Source of the DNA: a virus
Taxonomy: Duplodnaviria; Caudoviricetes
Strand: one strand, 5' to 3'
Virus record (IMG/VR): IMGVR_UViG_3300037247_001786
Span: 224,001-288,000 of that record
DNA: 64,000 bases
The first letter of the stretch is position 1. Every line of letters starts with the position of its first letter. Positions 38,145-46,505 of the stretch are shown piece after piece. The position numbers and the translations under genes are program-made. Below the pieces are notes generated by a model, which worked only from the letters and a program-made list of their open reading frames with translations, had not been told where the DNA came from and ran no database searches.

Positions 38145-39380
38145 ATGGAATTTAATATTAATGTCACAAAATTGTTAAACTCTTTGGGTCCGGTAGCTGA
38201 TATTTCCACAAAAAATACAGTAAAAGATTTTGAAGGGTCATTCATGACATCTATTAATGTCAGAGACAATGAACTCGAATTAGTAGCTCATGGAGGAAAC
38301 GCTTGTATCATATCTAAACTTTTGAATTCAAAAATAGATAAACTAGGATACGAATGTGTTAAGGAAGGAAGTGCTGTTGTAGAAACGAAAAAGTTATTTA
38401 CGACATTGAGTTCTTTTCGACCTAATAAAGAGATATCTGTTACAATGAAGAAGGGTGAATTAGAAATAATTTGCGATAAAACAGAAGAACAGTCTTTGCC
38501 AACTTCTAAGAACAGAGTTGCCTCACCTATGTTATCTGATTCTATTTCTGTAGAGATAGATGTTAATAGAGAGATATTTATTTCTGGTATGCAGAAAGTT
38601 CATTTTTCTGTGGGTATAGAGGAATTTAGACCTCAGTATCTTTGTCAGGTATTTGACATCTCGAAAACTGGAGCGAGGTTTATAGGAGGCAATGGGGCAA
38701 GATTTGCTATTAATGAGATAACTGGTAAGGGAATTTCCACTACAGATAAAAAACAAAGAGTTATCTTTCCTAAAAATAATATTCCTAATATAATTTCTAT
38801 TCTCAAGACATCTTCCTCAGAGAAGATATCTTTAAAAGAAGGGAAAGCAACTAAAATTAATAGTGATCAAATTATTATTGAATTTGATGAAATTACTATA
38901 ATTTTATTAGGTATAGATACTAATCTTAAAACTCAATATGCCGACGTTGATAAAATTTTAGGGTTTAACCATCCTTATCAATTTAAGGTTGATCTCGACG
39001 ATTGGAAGTATCCTACAAAAGGAACAAGAGCTACATACAGCGAAGAAATGAAAAGTGCCAGTCTTGTTCATAATGCTGAAATAGAAGTAGATACAAAGAA
39101 AGACAAATTTATAGTCAAGACAGATACTAATATGAAGTCAAAAAGAACTGTCCCCGTTACAGTTATTCAATCCGGCGATGATGAAAAGGTTACTTTAAGA
39201 TGTAATTCTTTATATCTTGCAGAAATGATTAATCAGGGATACGACAGCGGCACTATGATTATGAGATTCATAGATGAAGATAAACCTATTGTTGTTGATT
39301 ATCCGGATCTTGTAGATGGAGTTAGGGATACTGTTGAGAAATACAGTATGTTTTTCACTACTTCTAGGAAGAAAAAATAG
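38145..39380 (+). CDS. dnaN: DNA polymerase III beta sliding clamp (divergent)
   Basis: Three-domain length; FRPQYL..VF, FIGGNGARFA (ATDG.RLA equivalent), YADVDKIL, CNSLYL.EMI, KPIVV. Confidence 0.8.
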   Translation: MEFNINVTKLLNSLGPVADISTKNTVKDFEGSFMTSINVRDNELELVAHGGNACIISKLLNSKIDKLGYECVKEGSAVVETKKLFTTLSSFRPNKEISVTMKKGELEIICDKTEEQSLPTSKNRVASPMLSDSISVEIDVNREIFISGMQKVHFSVGIEEFRPQYLCQVFDISKTGARFIGGNGARFAINEITGKGISTTDKKQRVIFPKNNIPNIISILKTSSSEKISLKEGKATKINSDQIIIEFDEITIILLGIDTNLKTQYADVDKILGFNHPYQFKVDLDDWKYPTKGTRATYSEEMKSASLVHNAEIEVDTKKDKFIVKTDTNMKSKRTVPVTVIQSGDDEKVTLRCNSLYLAEMINQGYDSGTMIMRFIDEDKPIVVDYPDLVDGVRDTVEKYSMFFTTSRKKK

Positions 39381-39383
39381 CAT

Positions 39384-40541
39384 ATGAATATTAATGCTTT
39401 TATATTAATGGGAAATTGGCTGGAACGTACTTCTACTCTTGATAAGATCAAGGCATCTATGGGTGAATATGAGTTAGAAGTATATGATGAGTCTTACAGT
39501 TGGGAGTACGTCCAACAAGCCCTTTTAGAGCATTCTTGTTTTGACCAGAATAAATTAATAATCATTAATGGATTGCCTTCAGTAAAAGATAAAGATCCAT
39601 CTGCTTCTAGAACTAAAGTTCTTAATGGTTTAAAAAAGATACTTCCTATGGTTGACGGGAATACCTGTGTTGTTCTTAATGGGATAACAATAACAAGTAA
39701 GAAGTTTTTGGATGCTGTTAACGAGAAAGTACACATAAAAAGCTTTGATATAACTGTTCCCAAAAGAAACGCCCAGGGAAGTGCGGTTAAGAGATTGGTA
39801 GCTTATTTTACATCAAAAGATAAAACGATTAATGATAGTGATGCATATCTTGCAGTTGATTCTATTAATTATAATAGCAAGGATGTTAATCTTGATAAGG
39901 TTTTTCTTATGGCTAAGAAAATAGAAAATCTTGTTGGTGGACGAAAGAAAGTCACTCATGAAGATATAGTATCGATATGTTCTCTGTCTCCTGATTTTTT
40001 AATATGGAATCTTTTTAAAGCTTTAGATAATCAAGATTTTGCGGAGGCTTTAGCATTAATAGATAAGATAGCCAGCAGGAGTCTTTCTTTTGAACATGAA
40101 ATAATAATGGCTCTTAGTGTAATGATATGGAAATTTAGACAGTTACTATTTGTTCGGTCTTGTTTAGATAGCGGTTTAAAGATCAAAGATATAGAAGTCA
40201 GTTTAGGAAGGCTAGTTAAATGGAATAAAAGCGGTCAGGGGGTAAGACGACATGTAGTCCCTCAAGAGACTAAGAAGGATAAAACTCCTATCTCTATGTA
40301 TACAAAGCCATCGATAAATATGTTATTTAATAATACTTATGGAAAATCTCCGATATCTTGTTACTCACAAGAGCATCTTTTAAGAGTACTCCCTATAACC
40401 GAGATGTGTTTAAGAAAAATAAGGTCGGGATGCTCAGAAGGAGAAATAAGAATAGTATTAGAGATACTTTGCTTAGTGATTTGTAATGAAGTAGAATATA
40501 ATGTTGCAAAAGAGATTTTTAAAAGTAATTATTGTTTATAA
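39384..40541 (+). CDS. holA: DNA polymerase III delta subunit-like
   Basis: LLEHSCFDQNKLIII, I..EDIVSI, LIWNLF.AL..QD...AL..I; adjacent to dnaN/dnaX. Confidence 0.7.
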   Translation: MNINAFILMGNWLERTSTLDKIKASMGEYELEVYDESYSWEYVQQALLEHSCFDQNKLIIINGLPSVKDKDPSASRTKVLNGLKKILPMVDGNTCVVLNGITITSKKFLDAVNEKVHIKSFDITVPKRNAQGSAVKRLVAYFTSKDKTINDSDAYLAVDSINYNSKDVNLDKVFLMAKKIENLVGGRKKVTHEDIVSICSLSPDFLIWNLFKALDNQDFAEALALIDKIASRSLSFEHEIIMALSVMIWKFRQLLFVRSCLDSGLKIKDIEVSLGRLVKWNKSGQGVRRHVVPQETKKDKTPISMYTKPSINMLFNNTYGKSPISCYSQEHLLRVLPITEMCLRKIRSGCSEGEIRIVLEILCLVICNEVEYNVAKEIFKSNYCL

Positions 40542-40561
40542 TAAAGTGTAGTTACAAAAGT

Positions 40562-40819
40562 ATGGATATATTTCATTTAAATAAGATAAATAAAAAGGCT
40601 TTATCTCTTAATAAAGAAATTATAATAATAACAGAGTTTTGTGAAAAATATGCTCAAGATCCATCGGAACAGAACGGTTCAATTATGATAGAGGCTATTA
40701 TTGAAGCCGATAAGAATTTAAAAGATATTAAAAAAAGTGTAGCTGATTTAGTCAATAAAGTAGATAAAGAAGTTGTAGACATCTCTAAAAAAGAGAATGG
40801 ATATATAATTAAAGATTAG
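40562..40819 (+). CDS. Hypothetical coiled-coil protein
   Basis: ORF in operon. Confidence 0.45.
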   Translation: MDIFHLNKINKKALSLNKEIIIITEFCEKYAQDPSEQNGSIMIEAIIEADKNLKDIKKSVADLVNKVDKEVVDISKKENGYIIKD

Positions 40820-40832
40820 CGGAGATAAAAAA

Positions 40833-41027
40833 ATGCCAGAAAAAGAGATAGAAATAAATATTGATAAAGAAGGAAAAGTTTCTGTAGAAGCATTCGGCTT
40901 TAAAGGACATGGTTGCGAAGAATCAATTAAGTTTATAACTGAGGGTCTTGGGAGGCAAACAGAAATACATAACAAGGCTGAACATGGAGATACCCAATCA
41001 GTTGAAATAAATCAAAATATAGGTTAA
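40833..41027 (+). CDS. DUF2997 domain protein
   Basis: IEINIDKEGKVSVEAFGFKGHGCEE...LG pattern. Confidence 0.75.
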   Translation: MPEKEIEINIDKEGKVSVEAFGFKGHGCEESIKFITEGLGRQTEIHNKAEHGDTQSVEINQNIG

Positions 41028-41039
41028 TGAGGAGATAAG

Positions 41040-41339
41040 ATGGCTTTTAAAAAAGTAACCAACTCGAAAACAGATGGAATGTATATTCTTAATAAGTCGG
41101 ATAAGGACAGATATCCTAATGGGTTTCAGTATATTATAGATTCGATAATCTATACAGTAAGGGAAGATGTAACAAAAGACGCTGGTTCAGAAATGAGAAG
41201 AGTAATTTGTTCCGATGGGGCAACTGAGATAATGACGTTAGAGACTATAGATCTAGATTTAAAAGAACCTGGTGCAGAAATACTTGATGACGGTTTGCCT
41301 AAAGAAGATAAAATAGAAGAGGGGGGAGACAGTAGATGA
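41040..41339 (+). CDS. Hypothetical protein
   Basis: RBS GAGGAG; 99 aa. Confidence 0.55.
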   Translation: MAFKKVTNSKTDGMYILNKSDKDRYPNGFQYIIDSIIYTVREDVTKDAGSEMRRVICSDGATEIMTLETIDLDLKEPGAEILDDGLPKEDKIEEGGDSR

Positions 41340-41515
41340 ACAGTGAAAGAGTAGATGAACGCAACTGCAAGACTCATAAATGTGATATAGGTCCAAAAGT
41401 TTTAAAAGTAACTTCAAGGAATTATATCGGCAGAAACCAGTTGTGCCCTTGTCGTAGCGGTAAAAAATATAAGAAATGTTGTCTCTTAAAAAGGGAATAT
41501 ACTCCAGATGAGTAA
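41336..41515 (+). CDS. Stand-alone SEC-C (zinc-binding) motif protein, 59 aa, missed by ORF track
   Basis: Translates ...IGRNQLCPCRSGKKYKKCCLLK...; ATGA overlap with upstream gene. Confidence 0.8.
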   Translation: MNSERVDERNCKTHKCDIGPKVLKVTSRNYIGRNQLCPCRSGKKYKKCCLLKREYTPDE

Positions 41516-41705
41516 AGAAATAGAAATTACAATACCGAGTTTCGGTGGAATAAAAGTTAGTAGGTCCAATCATAAAGAGAATGAAGCTTTGATGGAGTTT
41601 TTGACGAAGTTGTTAGATGAAGAAATGCATGATGAAGTTAAGAAGTTTTTTGAAGAAGAAAACGATGTAGAACTGTTACATGGCTCAGAATCTTTTTGTG
41701 GTTAA
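41508..41705 (+). CDS. Small acidic hypothetical protein
   Basis: 65 aa, overlaps SEC-C ORF, ends FCG. Confidence 0.5.
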   Translation: MSKEIEITIPSFGGIKVSRSNHKENEALMEFLTKLLDEEMHDEVKKFFEEENDVELLHGSESFCG

Positions 41706-41724
41706 TGACCCCTAATTCAATACG

Positions 41725-41779
41725 CTCCTATATTTAGGTCGATACATATGTATACGACTTTAAATATAGGAGTTTTTTT
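41725..41779 (+). promoter_or_regulatory. Long hairpin that sequesters the ruvC Shine-Dalgarno (may also act as terminator)
   Basis: CTCCTATATTTA..GTCG.ATACAT/ATGTAT.CGAC..TAAATATAGGAG then T7 then ATG at 41780. Confidence 0.7.
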
Positions 41780-42493
41780 ATGTCAAAATATAAAATAATT
41801 ATTTCTAACGACCCTGGTCTCACAGGCGGGATTACCATTTTAGATGGTAAAAAAGAACCTCAAATACATGAAATGCCAGTTGAAGAAGTAGTTGTAAATA
41901 AGAAGAAAAAGAAAATTTATGACCTTGATGCCATCGCTGCTATATTAGAACCATACCGAGATAAAGATGTTCTATACATACAAGAATTGGTATCAGCGAT
42001 GCCTGGCAATGGAAACGTCTCTATGTTTGGCTTCGGGAGGTCAAGCGGTTCAACTCTTGGAATTGCAGCGGGAGTTGGTTTCGATAGATACGAAGTTCGA
42101 CCTCAAGTATGGAAAAAGCAATTTCCCAAATTAGAAACCCCTATTTTTAAAGATTTGAAGCTTGAAGCAAAAGAACTAAGATCTTTAGGGAAGACGGATA
42201 GGGAAGAGCTAAAAAGGCTTAAAGCATTACAGAAAACATTAAAGGATAAAGCCCTAAAAAAAGCGAATAAGAAAGAAATAGATAAAGTGAAAGCAGTGGT
42301 TGCCTTAAATGCCGCCGGTGTCACTAAAATCAATGCCAAGGCAAAATCAGAAGCTAAAAGAGCTTCGAGATCTCTCGCTTCTGAATTGTATCCTAAATTG
42401 GCTCATCGTTTCAAGAGAGTTAAAGACGATGGCTTGGCAGAATCTTTGTTAATTGCAATTTTTGGAAAAGAAACTCAGGATGAACTGGTATAA
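41780..42493 (+). CDS. ruvC: RuvC-like Holliday junction resolvase with Lys-rich coiled-coil insertion
   Basis: NDPGLTGG, IQE, SMFGFGRSSG, PQVWKK, DDGLAESLLIA. Confidence 0.8.
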   Translation: MSKYKIIISNDPGLTGGITILDGKKEPQIHEMPVEEVVVNKKKKKIYDLDAIAAILEPYRDKDVLYIQELVSAMPGNGNVSMFGFGRSSGSTLGIAAGVGFDRYEVRPQVWKKQFPKLETPIFKDLKLEAKELRSLGKTDREELKRLKALQKTLKDKALKKANKKEIDKVKAVVALNAAGVTKINAKAKSEAKRASRSLASELYPKLAHRFKRVKDDGLAESLLIAIFGKETQDELV

Positions 42494-42872
42494 ATTTGCA
42501 CAATTTAAAGTTATAGATAATGAAGGGGGTCTCGATACAGACCTCCCCTCTGGACAAAATTATACAGATATCGGACATGATTGGTATTATGGTTATGAGG
42601 ATGATTTTGAAGCAGGTAATTTTAATTATATGTGGCAATTGGTTAATGGGGCAATTGATATTGAAAAGGAAACAGAAGAAATATATGGGCATGGAGATGT
42701 AGAAAGATGGTACGATGTTCCTGAAACTTATAGTGGAAGGTATGAGCAGAGTGGAAGATTATCAATAGTTAGACCCCAAAGAGGAGCTAGTCAATTTAGA
42801 CAAATTCCTCAATCTGTTAAAGATTTATTAAAACAAAAATTTCCAGAGGCTAAAGAGCTTTACGTTTATTAA
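42480..42872 (+). CDS. Hypothetical protein, MxWYK family
   Basis: Starts MNWYKFAQ at 42480. Confidence 0.6.
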   Translation: MNWYKFAQFKVIDNEGGLDTDLPSGQNYTDIGHDWYYGYEDDFEAGNFNYMWQLVNGAIDIEKETEEIYGHGDVERWYDVPETYSGRYEQSGRLSIVRPQRGASQFRQIPQSVKDLLKQKFPEAKELYVY

Positions 42873-42887
42873 GATAGGAGATTAATT

Positions 42888-43259
42888 ATGGGTTGGTACA
42901 AATACGCAAAAGATTTTTATGAGAGAAATATTCTTAATCATAAAATAATATACTTAAAAGGGTTAAGCGATCATCTAGATGGATTGTCTAAATTAGTATT
43001 TCAAAGCGGTAAAAATACGAGAATAGCAAGTCGTAAAATAGTAACCGGCAAAAAGATAACTTCTTATCCCGAGTTAAGGGATATTCTTATAGAAGCTGAT
43101 TCGGTGGTGTTAGATAGTCCTTGGAAATTCAAAGCTTTATGTAAAGAAGCTATGTATCAAATAGAAGGAATGGTTTTCGCACTGGAAGATGAGAGAGAAG
43201 CATTTACACTGGGTAACCAAAAAAAGAGAGTTCAAAAAGGATGGGTAGATAATGTCTAA
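42888..43259 (+). CDS. Hypothetical protein, MxWYK family
   Basis: RBS AGGAG; starts MGWYKYAK. Confidence 0.6.
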   Translation: MGWYKYAKDFYERNILNHKIIYLKGLSDHLDGLSKLVFQSGKNTRIASRKIVTGKKITSYPELRDILIEADSVVLDSPWKFKALCKEAMYQIEGMVFALEDEREAFTLGNQKKRVQKGWVDNV

Positions 43260-43902
43260 AAAAGATACTGCAATACAAAAAAGAAAAGATGACCCTATGG
43301 TTATCCCTTATTTAAAGACAGATAAAAGAGGCGACATTTGCCATGTAACTTGCAAGTTATGCAATGCTGAATGTAGGGAAGAGGCAGAAAACTATTTTGA
43401 CTCTACTCCTAATTACAGGGCATTAGTAAGGTGGTTGAAGGATAACCATGACATAGAGATATCTTATCCAGCGGTAAGAAACCATATCATCTATCATTAT
43501 CAAGCTAATCAGAAATATCAATATATGGAAGGCTACGCTGATGATATTAAAAAGTGGATGCAAATGCCTAATGAGCGTATTCCCGCTTTAAAGAAAAGAA
43601 GGGCGATACTCGAAAGAGAAATGGTAGGACTAGGGGCTGATATTGACGGACTAAAGGGAGAAGAAAAGAGAAAAAATATAGAATTAATGAAAAAGTTGGC
43701 TGATACTCTTTTGGTTTATGATACAAAGATAGATGAACTTTATAAGAGAATGGAGCCAGTAACGATGGTCTTAACTCAACTTAATATAATTATGACGGAT
43801 GTTGTCAATAACTCACACGAAGATGAAACGAAAGAAGCATTTGACGAAGTTTTAAATAAACTAGAAAGTGCTATAGGCGACATTATTGATTCTGAGGAGT
43901 AA
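43252..43902 (+). CDS. Putative Zn/HTH DNA-binding protein with coiled coil
   Basis: CKLC...ISYPAVRNH..YH followed by long helical region. Confidence 0.5.
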   Translation: MSKKDTAIQKRKDDPMVIPYLKTDKRGDICHVTCKLCNAECREEAENYFDSTPNYRALVRWLKDNHDIEISYPAVRNHIIYHYQANQKYQYMEGYADDIKKWMQMPNERIPALKKRRAILEREMVGLGADIDGLKGEEKRKNIELMKKLADTLLVYDTKIDELYKRMEPVTMVLTQLNIIMTDVVNNSHEDETKEAFDEVLNKLESAIGDIIDSEE

Positions 43903-43904
43903 AA

Positions 43905-44120
43905 ATGAAAGAGAGACAAACTGAAAATCATAAAAAGATAACAGCAACTACTTCTATAGGTAGTAAAAATAGAACGGTTGGGCTTACCTCTAAACCAAGA
44001 GAAAAAAAGAAAAGAAGTATAAATGCAAATAAATCTACTCCCATAAAGAGAACAGGGAATAGATCTCAGCCTAAAACCAAAGGCTGTTCTGGATGTTCTA
44101 GATATTCAAGGAATAACTAA
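43905..44120 (+). CDS. Small basic protein
   Basis: RBS GAGGAG; Lys/Arg rich; ends GCSGCSR. Confidence 0.5.
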   Translation: MKERQTENHKKITATTSIGSKNRTVGLTSKPREKKKRSINANKSTPIKRTGNRSQPKTKGCSGCSRYSRNN

Positions 44121-44124
44121 TAAA

Positions 44125-46491
44125 ATGAATGAAAAAAGAGAAAATTTCCTTAAAGTATTGGGAAGGTTTAGGTACTTATTCAGTTATCTATGCGTAAATC
44201 CTGATCTCATTATAAAAGATTTAGAAAGTATGCCTTCTTATGGAGATGTTGTATATCCTTGTGACGTAATAGAGTTAAGGAGTATTCTAGAGGATATGAT
44301 AATCAAAGATAGTGAATCGATACCCTTCTTCTCTCAAAAATTTTCAGAAAAATATTTAAAAAGATTTCCTATTTTTTTAGTTGTAAGTGAAAAAAAACTA
44401 TGCTACGATAGGCAAGATATTAAGGCTTTAAAGATTTATGATGTCCAAAAACTCGACATCAGCGAAGCTATTAAAAGAATTGTGATAAATGAACCTATCT
44501 CTTCAGAAGTGAAGAAAACTATTCTTAAAATAATTAGAGATACAGGTTGCAAATTAGAATGTGTGATATCAAATAGCGTACCTGGTATAAGTAGTATCAA
44601 TCCGAAATTAAGTTCTAAAAGAAACGGAAAAATGATGAAGAAGTGTCAAACAGTAGATCTTCCTAATGTAAGGTTAACAACTAAAGAAAAGCAGATATTT
44701 GATTTTTTAACAGATGTTAAAAGATCTTTCAATCTCGATATCGAATTCAGAGTAGCGGGTGGATGGGTTAGAGATAAATTAATGGGCAAGGAAAGTGATG
44801 ATATCGATATCGCTATCAGCAATATGACTGGCTCCCAATTAGCGGAATACATAAAAAGACATCCTCAAGCCAAACAGATAATGGGGAAAGACTATACCGT
44901 TCCTGTAAATCCAGAAAAATCAAAACACTTAGAGACTGTAGCTATTGAGCTATTTGGTGATAAGATAGATTTTGTCAATCTTCGTTCAGAGACATATGGA
45001 GATACAAGAGTACCAACAATGGAAATGGGCACTCCTGAAGCCGATGCAGAAAGAAGAGATTTAACTATAAACTCTTTATTCTACAATATAGAAACAGGTA
45101 AGATAGAGGATTATGTCGGAGGTCTTGAAGATATGAAGAATAAGGTTCTTCGTACTCCTATGGATCCGGTACAAACTTTTAAAGATGACCCTTTGCGTAT
45201 GTTGAGAGCAGTTAGGTTTAAAAGTCGCTTCCCAGACTTCCAGGTTGACCCAGGACTCGTCGAAGCGATGAAAGACCCCCAAGTACAGGATGCTTATAGA
45301 AATAAGGTCTCGCCCGAACGTGCTGGACCTGAGATAATGAAGACAATGATAGGGGAAGACCCAGTCGAGGCTTTAAGAATGTTATTTGATACAGACCTCT
45401 ATAAGAGCGTTTTTCATGTGCCAGATATGGAGAACATAAGTCCAGATGGTATAAACATGGATCAAAGAACTCCTTGGCATAAATATAACCTTAAGGACCA
45501 TACTTTAGAAGTTGTAAAGAATCTTAATAATATAATGATGGAAAAAGGTGAAGACAATAAGATGAGAGGTCTAATGAATCTCGCCGCTTTATTTCATGAT
45601 TTTGGAAAGATGAAAAATGATATACCTACTCCTCATCCTAAAAATCCAGAGCAAATGCAATATATCAATCATGAGAAGGCATCAGCTCGCATGGCTGAAG
45701 ATATATTAAAATCAATAGGTGTTGGTAAGGATGATAGAGATATAGTTAACCAGGTGGTAAAATTCCACATGGCCCCTCATTCTTCTGGACAGTGGGGTAA
45801 TAAGGGGAAAGCTAACTTTTTAAGAAGAACTCGTATGCATGGAAAAGAGGAAGAACATAAAGATTTATGGAAATATATCTTTTACCATGCTCAAGCTGAT
45901 GATATGTCTTCACAGCCTGATGATTATAACCAAGAGGAAAGAGAAAAATTATTTACTGATTTTCAACAGTATGTAGAAACTCCTCCTACTCCTCCAAAAT
46001 TATTAGTCAATGGGAATGATGTAAAAGAGGTTTTTGGAGATATTCCTCCAGGTCCTTGGATTAGCGAAATACTAAGGCAAATGCAAGAGAGACAAGACTC
46101 TGGCGAATTTAATACTTATGAGGAAGCCATAGGGGTACTTAAAACTCTAGCTCCTCAACAAAATATAGGAGATAATAATATGACTGCTAATTGGTACGGA
46201 AAAGTTAAGGTGTCTCAACAGTCTCGCCCTCATCCCTTGCCTAAAGAAGATGAGGCAGACGTAGTAAAAGGACCTAAGCCTCATGCTCCTAAATATGAAG
46301 TAGGTATGAAAGTTAATGACAGACGTAAGGGAGTAGCTCTAAAACAAGAGTACGGAGAGGTTAGTAAAATAGAAGGGAATAGTATGAAAATAACATGGTT
46401 CGACAAAGACGGCAAAAAGGCGAAAGAAGAACTTTTTGATATGGTCGAAGACACTGTTCCTCTTTCTCTTATAGTTGGCACTTCTAATTAA
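44125..46491 (+). CDS. cca: Class II tRNA nucleotidyltransferase (CCA-adding enzyme) with HD domain, flanked by unknown N- and C-terminal modules
   Basis: VAGGWVRD..DDIDI, IDFVNLRSETY, RRDLTINSL, DDPLRMLRAVRF; HTLEV...HDFGK HD motif. Confidence 0.9.
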   Translation: MNEKRENFLKVLGRFRYLFSYLCVNPDLIIKDLESMPSYGDVVYPCDVIELRSILEDMIIKDSESIPFFSQKFSEKYLKRFPIFLVVSEKKLCYDRQDIKALKIYDVQKLDISEAIKRIVINEPISSEVKKTILKIIRDTGCKLECVISNSVPGISSINPKLSSKRNGKMMKKCQTVDLPNVRLTTKEKQIFDFLTDVKRSFNLDIEFRVAGGWVRDKLMGKESDDIDIAISNMTGSQLAEYIKRHPQAKQIMGKDYTVPVNPEKSKHLETVAIELFGDKIDFVNLRSETYGDTRVPTMEMGTPEADAERRDLTINSLFYNIETGKIEDYVGGLEDMKNKVLRTPMDPVQTFKDDPLRMLRAVRFKSRFPDFQVDPGLVEAMKDPQVQDAYRNKVSPERAGPEIMKTMIGEDPVEALRMLFDTDLYKSVFHVPDMENISPDGINMDQRTPWHKYNLKDHTLEVVKNLNNIMMEKGEDNKMRGLMNLAALFHDFGKMKNDIPTPHPKNPEQMQYINHEKASARMAEDILKSIGVGKDDRDIVNQVVKFHMAPHSSGQWGNKGKANFLRRTRMHGKEEEHKDLWKYIFYHAQADDMSSQPDDYNQEEREKLFTDFQQYVETPPTPPKLLVNGNDVKEVFGDIPPGPWISEILRQMQERQDSGEFNTYEEAIGVLKTLAPQQNIGDNNMTANWYGKVKVSQQSRPHPLPKEDEADVVKGPKPHAPKYEVGMKVNDRRKGVALKQEYGEVSKIEGNSMKITWFDKDGKKAKEELFDMVEDTVPLSLIVGTSN
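46180..46491 (+). CDS. Possible internally initiated in-frame protein (103 aa, MTANWYGK...)
   Basis: AGGAGA-7 nt-ATG in frame inside cca; N-terminus resembles the MxWYK motif. Confidence 0.45.
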   Translation: MTANWYGKVKVSQQSRPHPLPKEDEADVVKGPKPHAPKYEVGMKVNDRRKGVALKQEYGEVSKIEGNSMKITWFDKDGKKAKEELFDMVEDTVPLSLIVGTSN

Positions 46492-46505
46492 GTAAGGATA
46501 TTATT

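Noticed and set aside
41331-41360. 11-bp direct repeat AGTAGATGAAC at a gene junction
   Set aside because: Single short duplication giving alternative starts for the SEC-C ORF; no att-site or transposon context
43252-43902. Terminase small subunit call
   Set aside because: A Zn/HTH plus coiled-coil layout is compatible, but no large terminase is adjacent and no diagnostic motif is present
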